The notes below the pieces were generated by a model, which was given only the letters and a program-made list of their open reading frames with translations, was not told the DNA's origin and did not search any database. A program made the position numbers and the translations under genes. 27,861 nt of DNA from a virus (lineage: Duplodnaviria > Caudoviricetes), in IMG/VR virus record IMGVR_UViG_3300042334_000325, positions 1 to 27,861 of that record, one strand, 5' to 3'. Shown here in pieces: positions 1 to 9,935 of this stretch (its first letter is position 1; every line of letters starts with the position of its first letter).

Positions 1-2455
1 AACCTACTTCATATATTGTAATATCATTTGGGTCTCTTGGTAATGATCCATTACTAGTATATTTGTATGGGAATACCATTCCATCTGGAAATGGATCGTT
101 TCCTTCTGTGTAATTTGGAGTAACTCCTACTCTATATACCGCAGGATCATATGATTTTGGAAATATAAATGGATTAACTGTTTGAAAAGTAATTCCATCA
201 ATCGGTGCGGTAGAATCAAATGTAATTTCAACTCCACTAGAATCTTTTATAGTAAATTCATTTCCTTTTGGCCCAATAACTCTTGCGACCTGATATAACT
301 TTCCACTTACTACTTTGGGCAATGCAGGTGATACACCAATTGATAATGTTGGTCCAAAATACCGAACATGTTGATCAAATGTAACTACACCCGATGTTAT
401 TTTAAATGTACTATTTAATGTAGTAGTTGCTACAATTTTATTTTTTGGCTTTAATAATGCAGGGTCATATACTGCTGCATTAACCATTATTAGTCCATCA
501 CGTAATATAACAAGATTTCCAGCAACTCCACGATCACCATATTCAGTAACATTGGTGTCTTGTTTACTAAAATTAGTTACTATTATATTTGCTAATGAAG
601 TGTTGTCGTTTACTGTATAAAATTTTGAATTTATAGTAGTGTTTACTGTTCCTACAAAATAAGTATTAGCCAAATCTTCCACAATTTTTGATCGTAAATG
701 TATATGTCTTGCTATTTCTGCTGGCAAAACTCCATCTAGCTGACTATAAACCGTCATATCATTGGTAGAATTTGCTTTATATCCGTTATAAGCAGTATAA
801 TACATACTAGCATTATATTTGGTTGCTGCATTACCGCCACCTATTAAATCATCACGATAACCATCAATAACATACAACATATCTCTTATACATTTATCTT
901 TAATAATATCTTTTGATATTTTAATCCAATTTGTTCCAGTATATAATACTATATCGTCAACATTAAATATTTCTTCTCCGTTACCAATATCTCTAGCACT
1001 AGCGGTTCCAACAACTTTATAATACCATCCTGCTGTTAATAAATTAGGTGAGGTATCACTTAGGTTTGGACTATTTGCTTCTGCATTCCATGAACCTTTA
1101 TCAGTTGTTGCACCAAATTTTAGTAAGTATCCGGCTGGCATATCATCGTATAATAAAGCATTTCCATTACTGTCATACTCGTTTGTATAATATGCCCAAT
1201 ATTGTCTACGAACATCAAACATAGTTTCTATTCTAGACTTCAAAGTAGGATAAGAAGTTGGACCAGTAAATGCAGCATTATTACCAGTAGATGCATGTAC
1301 CGCAGCAAAAAATGCTATAGTAATGTCAACTAATCCAACTAATTCTGTTTTTGTAAACTCATTTAATCCACTATGATAAGTTGGCTCAGAATTTATAACT
1401 GCTTTTAATGCATTGTATAAAATTATTTCGTATGGTGCTGCACCATTGTTATAAGCAAGGCTTGTTTCATAATTTTTAGTATTAAATGAAGTATGAGCAT
1501 CACAGTTAAACTCTATGTCCATTAGATACATATCAATCCAATAATCAGAATCTCTTAAACATTTATTTTTAAATATTATTTTGTTAAATGTAGACAAACC
1601 GTTATAATATGTAGCAAATGTGCTATATAAAGAATTTGTCATTAATTCCGTCCACGTAGCATCCATTAACTTGTATCTACTATCACTTATTATTTTTCTA
1701 TCTTTTAATAATCTAGTTGAACTTGGTTTTGGAGAATTTGGGGATTTTCCTACTACACGATAATCTTCAAGTTGTGTTGTGCCTAATGTATCAGATGAAG
1801 TAGAACTTGGTCCTTTTAATAAGGAAGTAGCCAATCCAAATATAGAAGCTGGTGTTCTATATAAACTATTTGTTCTTCTAACAACAGCAAAGTTATCATC
1901 TTTTCCATTTTGACGGGTTTCCCAATAATATCCATCATATTTGTCAAATATACCATATTTTCTTATAACTGGGTTTTGTGCAAATGAACTGATACTTACT
2001 GTGCTTTTTACACCAAAAGTAGCTGCACTAACACGACCAGGCTGATATCTAAAAAATCTTTTAGATGTTAATACTGAACTTTCGTTACGTGGTGCTTCTA
2101 TTAATGCACCAGCTTCTTCTTGAATATGTTTTACACCATGCCCGTATTTAAATCCACTAGTATATGTACCACTAGTATATGTACTTGGAGTAGATGACCA
2201 TTCATTTGGGTTTACATCATATGTATTAACATCAGCAAATATACCAAGGGCAACTTCACTTCTTGGTATACCAAGCAATGACAGTGCAACTTCACTTTGT
2301 ATTTTATTTTGTTCAACTACTGGGATTGGCGTTTGATCACTAGCAAGAACTACTGGTATAGATTTGCTTGACGGTTTTTGGCCGGGGGTAACAGGTGTAG
2401 TTCTACCTACGTTTACAACACTACTGTTGTTGTTTATATTAGTTAAGCTGCTCAT
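1..2455 (-). CDS. Large virion structural protein (tail/fibre-associated), 3'-truncated by the window edge; absent from the ORF track
   Basis: ATG at 2455 overlaps the upstream stop (ATGA). Reads MSSLTNINNNSSVVNVGRTTPVTPGQ...SEVALSLLGIPRSEVALGIFADVNTYDVNP...RFFRYQPGRVSAATFGVK...GMVFPYKY, in frame at every segment translated through to base 2. I recognise these motifs from structural proteins of T4-like marine/cyanophage-type myoviruses. Confidence 0.8.
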   Translation of the reverse strand, partial: MSSLTNINNNSSVVNVGRTTPVTPGQKPSSKSIPVVLASDQTPIPVVEQNKIQSEVALSLLGIPRSEVALGIFADVNTYDVNPNEWSSTPSTYTSGTYTSGFKYGHGVKHIQEEAGALIEAPRNESSVLTSKRFFRYQPGRVSAATFGVKSTVSISSFAQNPVIRKYGIFDKYDGYYWETRQNGKDDNFAVVRRTNSLYRTPASIFGLATSLLKGPSSTSSDTLGTTQLEDYRVVGKSPNSPKPSSTRLLKDRKIISDSRYKLMDATWTELMTNSLYSTFATYYNGLSTFNKIIFKNKCLRDSDYWIDMYLMDIEFNCDAHTSFNTKNYETSLAYNNGAAPYEIILYNALKAVINSEPTYHSGLNEFTKTELVGLVDITIAFFAAVHASTGNNAAFTGPTSYPTLKSRIETMFDVRRQYWAYYTNEYDSNGNALLYDDMPAGYLLKFGATTDKGSWNAEANSPNLSDTSPNLLTAGWYYKVVGTASARDIGNGEEIFNVDDIVLYTGTNWIKISKDIIKDKCIRDMLYVIDGYRDDLIGGGNAATKYNASMYYTAYNGYKANSTNDMTVYSQLDGVLPAEIARHIHLRSKIVEDLANTYFVGTVNTTINSKFYTVNDNTSLANIIVTNFSKQDTNVTEYGDRGVAGNLVILRDGLIMVNAAVYDPALLKPKNKIVATTTLNSTFKITSGVVTFDQHVRYFGPTLSIGVSPALPKVVSGKLYQVARVIGPKGNEFTIKDSSGVEITFDSTAPIDGITFQTVNPFIFPKSYDPAVYRVGVTPNYTEGNDPFPDGMVFPYKYTSNGSLPRDPNDITIYEVG

Positions 2456-4647
2456 AAAATTAATCCTTTAGCCATTTCAAATTTATTAATAATATTTATA
2501 TAACCTAATGCACTTGGATTATTTCCTGCGGTTATACTACCGTTGAATTTAATAGATACATTTGCAAGGGTTCCTGCCATTGTCAATCCAGTTATTATTC
2601 CTGTTTGATCGCTACCAGTGACTACAAATCCTTGATGTTGTGGTGATAGTGACACCTTTGCACCAAGATATAGATATTGTGGATTTTGAATTGCTACAGT
2701 ATATATATAATTATTTGTAGTATTGGAAGTTATTGTTCCACTTGTTATATTTCCATCGTTTATCCATTCTTCTAAGTATACTAGATAAACCAATCCGATG
2801 TGATTCGAATTTATAGCACGTAGTGTGTCGTAACTATATGTTGTTCTGATTTTTTCTATATCTGCTGCCAATATGGTGAATTGGAATTCTCCATTTGTTG
2901 GATCAATGCCAACAGTTTTATTTACAAATGATACGTCTGTTATTTTATTATATAAGTTTTCTACACCAACATCATTTTTTGATAATTTCCAAACTTCATA
3001 TTGAACATTTCCATATTCACTACTAACTGCTTGATTGCTAGTTAATAGATTAAAGTTTTCTCCATTTTCTTGATATGTATGTTTATCGCTTGTATAGTCT
3101 ACTGAAGCAGAATTCGTTGGTAGTTTTATATTTACGCTATCATACGAAGTATTAAATATATCGGGACTTGGTAAGAATTCTTCTGCTGGACCCATTAACA
3201 CATTTGGTGAAGATATAAAAAATCTACTTCCATATGAAAATATACCATTTCCACAATTTTGTATTATGTTATTTGCTATTACACCTTTGTATACTATACT
3301 AGTATCTATGTGATCAGAAAAGTTTTCAATTCTGTTTGAAGTTATTGAAACATTTTTACTTTCTGCAAAATCTATAGGTTTAAAATTATATCTATCAGTT
3401 AATCCACTATTACGCAATTCACTTATAAATATTTGGATATTGTCTGATTCTGGTGCATAAACTCCACCTGCTATTATATTATATATTTTAGAATTAAAAA
3501 TCTTACAATCTACTGATTCACTTCCCCAATTTATTGCATAGTTAAGAGAGTCATCTGTCATATCATTTACCAAAAATTGATTTGTCATATTTCCATCTAT
3601 AATTATGTTAGATATAGTATTGGTTGCTATTGTGCCTATACTTTTAAAAATAATATTATTATGGTATACATTGAAATATGCACCACTCCATGGTAGTTTT
3701 TTTAATTCAGATGAATTTGGTGTTCCAGTTAAATTAAAGTTTTGTGGAAGATTTATTCCAGCAACTACATATGTTTTGTCTAATAAAATTAAATTATTTT
3801 TTCCAGAAACATTAGAAGTTGTTATTAAATTTTGAAGATATTCTGTATCATTATGCGATATATTTACAGTTAATGAAGTTGGATCAATGCTAACTGAACT
3901 AGATATGACTATTTTAGAATTATCTGTATCAATACTACTTATTACTGCATCTACCCATCCTAGTTTTGCTGTGGTAGGTGGAGTATGAGAAAAATGAATT
4001 ACATCTGTTGGTAATACATTATCTGCTTCTGTTTTACCACTCCATGATGTATAATCAAAAAGATAATAATCAATATATGAATTATTTTCTAAATCCTTTG
4101 GTCCCAATACAGAAACCAATTTCCATGATCCCAAAGCAGTAATACGTCTATATAATAGTATTCCTTTTCCCAAAGGTTTATTACTAAATGTTAATGTAAT
4201 AAATTGGTTTACTCCAAAACTATTCAACGCAAAAAGCACATTTATGTTAATAATTGGACTAGCAGGTGAAATTTCTCCTGTATTTAAATTAAATTCTGCT
4301 ATTCTATAAGAAAAAGTAGTAGTAGAACTTGTGGTAACTGGCGGTTGTACTGCTGCAGTTAATGTAGTTGATATTGAAGGAATCGTAGTATTACTAGTTG
4401 CATCTGATGCACCGTAAATTCTTATTTTTTGACCAGTTTCAAATTTATCTATAAATTCAACATTTGCTAATGTTGTACTTTGATTGCTTAATGATGGTTC
4501 AAATACTGCACTACATTTTATTATACTATCAGTTGCTCCACCTCCAAGAAATATACTACCAGATGGTGCATTAATATTACCTGATAGTTCTATATCACCA
4601 TTTACAAAAATACTTTGATTAAAACGAGTTTGATTTTGCGAAACCAT
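2452..4647 (-). CDS. Virion structural protein with a probable right-handed beta-helix (pectin-lyase-like) region
   Basis: 731 aa, S/T/N/I-rich. Beta-helix-type repeats (ISNIIIDGN, VSITSNRIEN, IANNIIQNCGNGI). GAGGA RBS and a CATAAATA late promoter upstream; coupled to the next gene by ATGA. Confidence 0.65.
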   Translation of the reverse strand: MVSQNQTRFNQSIFVNGDIELSGNINAPSGSIFLGGGATDSIIKCSAVFEPSLSNQSTTLANVEFIDKFETGQKIRIYGASDATSNTTIPSISTTLTAAVQPPVTTSSTTTFSYRIAEFNLNTGEISPASPIININVLFALNSFGVNQFITLTFSNKPLGKGILLYRRITALGSWKLVSVLGPKDLENNSYIDYYLFDYTSWSGKTEADNVLPTDVIHFSHTPPTTAKLGWVDAVISSIDTDNSKIVISSSVSIDPTSLTVNISHNDTEYLQNLITTSNVSGKNNLILLDKTYVVAGINLPQNFNLTGTPNSSELKKLPWSGAYFNVYHNNIIFKSIGTIATNTISNIIIDGNMTNQFLVNDMTDDSLNYAINWGSESVDCKIFNSKIYNIIAGGVYAPESDNIQIFISELRNSGLTDRYNFKPIDFAESKNVSITSNRIENFSDHIDTSIVYKGVIANNIIQNCGNGIFSYGSRFFISSPNVLMGPAEEFLPSPDIFNTSYDSVNIKLPTNSASVDYTSDKHTYQENGENFNLLTSNQAVSSEYGNVQYEVWKLSKNDVGVENLYNKITDVSFVNKTVGIDPTNGEFQFTILAADIEKIRTTYSYDTLRAINSNHIGLVYLVYLEEWINDGNITSGTITSNTTNNYIYTVAIQNPQYLYLGAKVSLSPQHQGFVVTGSDQTGIITGLTMAGTLANVSIKFNGSITAGNNPSALGYINIINKFEMAKGLIL

Positions 4648-4672
4648 TAAATTAATTCCTCTATTATTAGTC

Positions 4673-4680
4673 TATTTATG
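4673..4680 (-). promoter_or_regulatory. T4-type late promoter (CATAAATA)
   Basis: One mismatch to TATAAATA, ~25 nt upstream of the ATG at 4647. Confidence 0.6.
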
Positions 4681-4694
4681 CAAAATATTATTTG

Positions 4695-6065
4695 TCAATA
4701 TTTTATTATATATTCAAACACTAAATTACCACATCCCCAATATCTTCTATATCCAGAATTCATCATGTTATCTCGTTCGCTCACGTTAGGGTCATATGTA
4801 TCTCCTACTATGCTTTGTAATTTAGTTTTATGTTGTGTTTGATATCTTGAATATATAGTGTTCTTATTAAACCATATATAATCTGGATTACTTATTTTTA
4901 TTAGATTGAAACCTATTTGTTTATAACTATTTCCATTACTGTAAGAACGATTACAGTATGAAATTATTGATTTTTTAAAATCATAATATTTTATTGCATG
5001 TAGCAACATTCGGTTCATGCCGCCTATTATAGTATAATTTTTTAATGAACACATACGATATAATTCAATTCCATCACCAAATCTGTTTTTACCAAAACAC
5101 ATAATAGAAACCAGTTTATTTTCGTAAAGTAAACCAACTCTAAGTTTACTTGGAACATATCCTTGAATATGATTTTCAATTAAGAATTTTTTATATATAT
5201 TATTTGGTATATCAAATGTAATGCTACATTTTCTTGCATATATTTTTTCAGTTAAACCTAATTTAGATTTTATCATTGATTTAACTATTTCTTGATTATT
5301 ATTCCAATCATTGTCTGTTATATGCAATAATATCATTCCAGAGTTTTCACATTTTTCTGTTTTTCTTAGATGATATTTTTTATCTTCAATTAATAATCCG
5401 TTTTCATCAAAATCATTTTTTCCATAAGAATGCCAATATAGCCCATTATGTTCTATTGCTACTTTTTTACTAGGTACAAAAATGTCTAATTCACTTCCGA
5501 TAACACTAGTATCATTTTCAAATATATCAAGTTTTAATTCATTTTTTATGAATTCTTTAATTGCTCTTTCTTCTTTACTAGTTTTAGTATATTGCCGTAT
5601 AGATATTCCATTATCCAATAATCTTAATTTTATAGTTCTTGGATTTACGTTTAATTCAAGCGATATATCTTCTAATGATCTTTGGTTTTCGATATATTCT
5701 TTTTTAAGAAAGTCAATGTCATTTATTTTTAATACGGTGTTATATGGTATATGTGCAGATTGTGTGTTTTTCTTTCTTTCGATATTATGTTTTTCTAACC
5801 AATAGCATACTTTTTGCTTTGTGGTTTTATTTTCTTCTGCAATTTGAATTGTGCTTTTGTTTTCAACAAAGTATTGGTTATACAACCACATGTAATCTTT
5901 TAAATTAGATGATAAAATATTGTTTATTTTGGTTATCTCAAACTTTTTTAGATATTTCCATATACAAGCTTCGCTTACGTTTTGATCAATTGATATTTCA
6001 CCTTGCGTTTTATTTTTATTAACATATTGATCATACAACCATTCTTTATTTTTATATAAACTCAT
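4695..6065 (-). CDS. Hef-like free-standing homing endonuclease (3 N-terminal HTH-like repeats, PD-(D/E)XK/Vsr-like core, GNAT-like C-terminus)
   Basis: ELDIFVPSKKVAIEHNGLYWHS nuclease motif; KIYARKC...ENHIQG...GYRRYWGCG C-terminal block shared with 23644..25386. Inserted between capsid terminator and structural genes. Confidence 0.75.
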   Translation of the reverse strand: MSLYKNKEWLYDQYVNKNKTQGEISIDQNVSEACIWKYLKKFEITKINNILSSNLKDYMWLYNQYFVENKSTIQIAEENKTTKQKVCYWLEKHNIERKKNTQSAHIPYNTVLKINDIDFLKKEYIENQRSLEDISLELNVNPRTIKLRLLDNGISIRQYTKTSKEERAIKEFIKNELKLDIFENDTSVIGSELDIFVPSKKVAIEHNGLYWHSYGKNDFDENGLLIEDKKYHLRKTEKCENSGMILLHITDNDWNNNQEIVKSMIKSKLGLTEKIYARKCSITFDIPNNIYKKFLIENHIQGYVPSKLRVGLLYENKLVSIMCFGKNRFGDGIELYRMCSLKNYTIIGGMNRMLLHAIKYYDFKKSIISYCNRSYSNGNSYKQIGFNLIKISNPDYIWFNKNTIYSRYQTQHKTKLQSIVGDTYDPNVSERDNMMNSGYRRYWGCGNLVFEYIIKY

Positions 6066-6098
6066 AATTAGTCCTTGTATATTAACATATGAAGTATA

Positions 6099-6127
6099 TT
6101 CATAACATATCTATATATATTTGTCAA
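6099..6127 (-). promoter_or_regulatory. Sigma70-like promoter for the Hef-like gene
   Basis: TTGACA (6122-6127), 17 nt spacer, TG-n-TATGAA extended -10; AAGGA RBS before ATG 6065. Confidence 0.45.
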
Positions 6128-6136
6128 GGATAAAAT

Positions 6137-6161
6137 AAAAAACGCCCCGAAGGGCGTTTTT
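6137..6161 (-). terminator. Intrinsic terminator of the major capsid gene
   Basis: Minus-strand AAAAACGCCC-UUCG-GGGCGUUUUUU, with the C(UUCG)G tetraloop typical of T4-like phages, ~25 nt after the MCP stop. Confidence 0.92.
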
Positions 6162-6185
6162 AATATTTTTCTGTGTCACTTCATA

Positions 6186-7343
6186 TTAGAAGAATGATAG
6201 ATTACCAGTTGTTACTGCTATCTTGTTTAGATAGTCAGCAGCGTTACCAAGCGATGAAGCTGCGTTTGTTAGTTCAACATATCCATAACGTGTCATAAAA
6301 CCAACAGTTGGTTCAAAAGTATTTGGATCAAGAACAGTTCCAGTACTCATTAGAGGAATATATGGGCAATAGAATGCAGCAGCATCCGCTTCGCTTGATC
6401 CCTTATAACCGACTAGAATAGTGTCGTCGGTTGCATACTGGTTAACATAAACTTTCATTACGTTGTTTAGAGTTCCAACTAGTTTGGTGTTTGTTGGGGC
6501 TTCGAATGCACCTTCTGTAGTTCTTGCGAATGCAGAAGTAGTTGCAGACTGTAGAACAGTTAGCATACTTGGGCTAACAACCAACCAGTTACCAGCACCA
6601 CGACGTGTGCGGGCAGCAATGTCGTTTGCCGCTTTATTGATTAGAACTGCAAGTGCAGCATGTTCGTCACCAACGAATGTAGCAGTTCCACTTACTGCAC
6701 CTTGGTCAAAGGTGTATGCTGCGGTGCCAGCTAATGATGAAAGTGAAGCAAGAATTTCTTGGTCAATTTCAGTGGTGATTTCTGTTGCTAAAGCAGCCAT
6801 TATTTCTGCTTCAACATCAATGCCGTGCATTGCTTGTGCATCCTGTGCAGCTTCAAATGTCCAACGTGCTGACAACTTACGAGTTTTTGCTTCGACAGTT
6901 TGCTTCACGATTTGGATATTCAACTTACGACCAGCAACACCTTCCAATGTGCTTGTTGCAGTTGCTCTACCAGTTGCAGCATCACCAGCATATCCGTTAG
7001 CGATTGCGAATGGTGATAGTGCTTCTTGTCCAGCAGTAACGCCAGCGGCACTTTCTGCATAACGAACACGTAGTGTGTGGATTTGTCCAACTGGACCAGT
7101 CATTGGTTGAACGCCGACTAGTTCGTTTGCAATAACAGTTGGCATAACACGACGAATAACAGGTAGAATTACCTTGTTTAATGTCGCTACGTTACCAGCC
7201 ATAGTTGCACCAGTTGATGCACTTTCCATAAGTGATCTTTTAGTGTTTTCTAAAACAGCTTCCATAACTGTTTTACGATTTCCTGTCAGCCCGTCAGTTA
7301 GTGCTTCTTTAGTAGCTGACCAATGTTCAAATAGATTTGCCAT
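6186..7343 (-). CDS. gp23: Major capsid protein (T4 gp23 family)
   Basis: RRVMPTVIANELVGVQPMTGPVGQIHTLR, VEAKTRKLSARWTFEAAQD, EITTEIDQEI, FYCPYIPL, FEPTVGFMTRYG; AAGGAG RBS; position after scaffold. Confidence 0.97.
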   Translation of the reverse strand: MANLFEHWSATKEALTDGLTGNRKTVMEAVLENTKRSLMESASTGATMAGNVATLNKVILPVIRRVMPTVIANELVGVQPMTGPVGQIHTLRVRYAESAAGVTAGQEALSPFAIANGYAGDAATGRATATSTLEGVAGRKLNIQIVKQTVEAKTRKLSARWTFEAAQDAQAMHGIDVEAEIMAALATEITTEIDQEILASLSSLAGTAAYTFDQGAVSGTATFVGDEHAALAVLINKAANDIAARTRRGAGNWLVVSPSMLTVLQSATTSAFARTTEGAFEAPTNTKLVGTLNNVMKVYVNQYATDDTILVGYKGSSEADAAAFYCPYIPLMSTGTVLDPNTFEPTVGFMTRYGYVELTNAASSLGNAADYLNKIAVTTGNLSFF

Positions 7344-7353
7344 ATTTTTCTCC

Positions 7354-8454
7354 TTAGCTAAGTCCTGCTAATTTTTTGATTCTAATAATTTCGGCGGAAC
7401 CTTCAGTCTCGGTCTGGGTTCTTGAAGCTCTATCCCCGGTAATAACTGTAGTCATTTCGGTTAGCTTTGCCTTGCTCTGTGAAGTTTTTACTTTTTCTGA
7501 CAACACAGTTGGCAGATACTTGTCATATGCATCGCGTAGTTTTTCTGTTTTCACAGACTCTAACAACGAATTCATTACTTCACGTTGATCCTTGTTTAAT
7601 GGATTAAGCATTTCGTTCATGATTGCTTTACGATTGCTTAAATCTTTTGCGATTTTAGTTTCACGCTTTGCTTCCATGATTGCTTTATCTTTATTTACAA
7701 GAATTTTTTGATTCTCATCAAGTTTAGATTTAATTTGTTTAACTTGACGCGAAAGTTTTGAAACTTGAGTTCCTTCACTCATTGCACTAGTCATAAATTC
7801 GGCTGCGAAAGTTTCGAAAATCTTTCTACCAAAATTATTTTCTTTTGCTGCACGAATATCTTCTTTTAGGACATTTATTTCGCCGCGTAGTGCACTTTCA
7901 ATAAGCTTTTCCGCTTTAGCAGCAGCGTTCTTTACGAATTGTGCTTTTGCTTCTGCAATTATTTGCTTACCTTCTTTAACCATACGTATTCTTTGCTCTA
8001 CAAGAGCCTTTTTATCTATATGGAATTCATTTAATTCTTCTGTTAGTTTATGTAATACAAACTCTTCGAGTTTACCGAAGTTAGCCTTTTGGGCTTTTCT
8101 GTCGTCTCTCAGTTCAGTAACTTCTTTTGCCAAAGCTTCTACGATTTTCTTATCTAATGATTTAGTATGCTCGCTTATTGCTTTTTTATAAGATATTTTT
8201 TCTTCACGTAGTGCTTTTTTATCATTTGCAAATTCAACCAATTCTGATTTAATTGCATCTGCAAGCATTGCGTCCATAGCTTCTACGATTTGCGATTTGT
8301 CATTTTCATAACGATTGGCAAATTCTTCACGTAGTTCTGCAGTAATTTCTTCACGCATGTCTGCTAATTTTGCATTCCATGCTTCCGAAACCGAAGTTCT
8401 TACTTCTTCTGAGAGAAGTTCTGAGTTCAATATTTTTTCAAATGTTTGAGCCAT
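7354..8454 (-). CDS. gp22: Prohead core scaffolding protein (gp22-like); true start MAQTFEK at 8454, not 8550
   Basis: 366 aa helical/coiled-coil, between protease and MCP. ATG overlaps the gp21 stop (TAATG) with GGGGAG RBS; C-terminal IIRIKKLAGL. Confidence 0.85.
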   Translation of the reverse strand: MAQTFEKILNSELLSEEVRTSVSEAWNAKLADMREEITAELREEFANRYENDKSQIVEAMDAMLADAIKSELVEFANDKKALREEKISYKKAISEHTKSLDKKIVEALAKEVTELRDDRKAQKANFGKLEEFVLHKLTEELNEFHIDKKALVEQRIRMVKEGKQIIAEAKAQFVKNAAAKAEKLIESALRGEINVLKEDIRAAKENNFGRKIFETFAAEFMTSAMSEGTQVSKLSRQVKQIKSKLDENQKILVNKDKAIMEAKRETKIAKDLSNRKAIMNEMLNPLNKDQREVMNSLLESVKTEKLRDAYDKYLPTVLSEKVKTSQSKAKLTEMTTVITGDRASRTQTETEGSAEIIRIKKLAGLS

Positions 8455-9092
8455 TATTTTCTCCCCAGGTCTCTTATGAACTTTACGACCTCTTCTTGGA
8501 GGTAGCGTTGTGCTCTGGAATCGTGTTTTACCGCAGTAGCAACATCCCACATAACATTTCCTCTACGATGATTCATGAGTTGTTCATAAATCGGTGTAGG
8601 ATATGCTTCGGGGGCACTTGGATTTGCTACAATATCGACAGTAATAATTTCAAAATTACTAACCTGTCCATTTGCATCAACGTCGCCACTGCCACGAGAA
8701 CTAACACCTAATTTGACACCACTTTCCAATAGTGTCTTGCAAACATTGCCCATTGGGGTAGGCAACATTTTTAATTTACCAATGCCATCATTTCCGTTCA
8801 TATTCATGTCAACAATGACATGAGACACACGGTCAAGATTTATATTAAGGTCTTCGGGATGATCTGCCTCACCAAGAACACTATATCCGTTAGTAATACG
8901 CTCTTTGAGTGTTTTTACTGCCATGTTAATTTCATTAACTGGATATACTCTTTGGTTTTGGTTTTTTACACCACCTTGTATGAAAATACCACGCATATAT
9001 AAATCTTTTCCTCCACTGCCATTGTCAGCGGATTCTGTAATTATGTTTGCAGAAGCAGGTTCAATAAATTCTCTTAGTGGTGTGATCATCAC
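8454..9092 (-). CDS. gp21: Prohead core protease (T4 gp21 family)
   Basis: GIFIQGGVKNQNQRVYP, catalytic His in GEADHP, Ser in GVSSRGSG, DIVANPSAPEAYP. Start GTG 9092 or ATG 9089. Confidence 0.95.
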   Translation of the reverse strand: MMITPLREFIEPASANIITESADNGSGGKDLYMRGIFIQGGVKNQNQRVYPVNEINMAVKTLKERITNGYSVLGEADHPEDLNINLDRVSHVIVDMNMNGNDGIGKLKMLPTPMGNVCKTLLESGVKLGVSSRGSGDVDANGQVSNFEIITVDIVANPSAPEAYPTPIYEQLMNHRRGNVMWDVATAVKHDSRAQRYLQEEVVKFIRDLGRK

Positions 9093-9095
9093 AAA

Positions 9096-9935
9096 TTATC
9101 CCTTCATCTTACGAACTGATGCTGGTTTTAGTTTTGAGTCAACATCTTGTGGACCAGGGACACCAATTGGTTTTGCTTTTATTGCTTTACCACCAGTTTC
9201 TTCGCTATTTTTAATAGCGTTTTTCATTGGGTTGCCTAGTTTATTAGAGTCTTTTACTTTTGCGAATGGTGATGCTTTACCATCGTCTCCACCTTTTAAT
9301 TTAGGTGCAGAAATTTTGGTCAAGGTAGCACTTTCTTTGATTTCTTCTTCGCCTTCATCTTCTGATTTTTCTTCTGAACCATATTCATAGTCGTTAGCGT
9401 CGTATTCATCTTCGCTTTTTTCTTCTGAATTTGTTTCACCGACTAAATCAGCAAATGCTAGTTTTAATTCTTTCAATGCCTCTTCGACATTCATAAGTGC
9501 TTCGGCAGCAGGATTTTCACTACCTTCTGAATCCATGTCCATGTTCATTTCATCTTCTGAATCCATGTCCATGTCCATGTCCATGTCATCTTCTGGACCC
9601 ATTTCGTCGCCCAAATCGACTTCTGAATCGAACTCGTCTTCATCTTCGCCTTGTTCATACATTTCTTCATTGTCGATTTCGTCATTTAGACCCTCGACAT
9701 CAAAATTGTTTGTATCTTTTTCTAAATCTTCTTCAGCATCGCTGGTGTCGAAATCATATTCGTCATCCCAGTCAGCTTCGTTTAAATCACGCTCAATATC
9801 TTGATCTTCTTTGATCATATTAGCGTAAATCCTACGTGCTTTTTCAACAAAGATATCATGAAGTAGCTCACTTGCTTTATCGCTCTCTTCATTTATCATA
9901 AGTTCAAGCACCTTTTCTAACTTTTGCTTGCTCAT
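9096..9935 (-). CDS. Highly acidic prohead core protein (gp67/gp68-like by position)
   Basis: 279 aa with a D/E-rich middle and basic C-terminus, between portal and protease; AAGGAG RBS. Confidence 0.6.
   Translation of the reverse strand: MSKQKLEKVLELMINEESDKASELLHDIFVEKARRIYANMIKEDQDIERDLNEADWDDEYDFDTSDAEEDLEKDTNNFDVEGLNDEIDNEEMYEQGEDEDEFDSEVDLGDEMGPEDDMDMDMDMDSEDEMNMDMDSEGSENPAAEALMNVEEALKELKLAFADLVGETNSEEKSEDEYDANDYEYGSEEKSEDEGEEEIKESATLTKISAPKLKGGDDGKASPFAKVKDSNKLGNPMKNAIKNSEETGGKAIKAKPIGVPGPQDVDSKLKPASVRKMKG

Noticed and set aside
2154-2184. 15-bp tandem duplication (TYTSG x2)
   Set aside because: Real but a trivial in-frame loop duplication.
6463-7062. 199-aa plus-strand ORF and other short antisense ORFs (e.g. 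8905..9390, 16130..16708)
   Set aside because: Fully overlap well-supported genes on the opposite strand; explained by codon bias.
8455-8550. N-terminal extension MGCCYCGK... of the scaffold ORF
   Set aside because: Overlaps gp21; the ATG at 8454 has an RBS and TAATG coupling.
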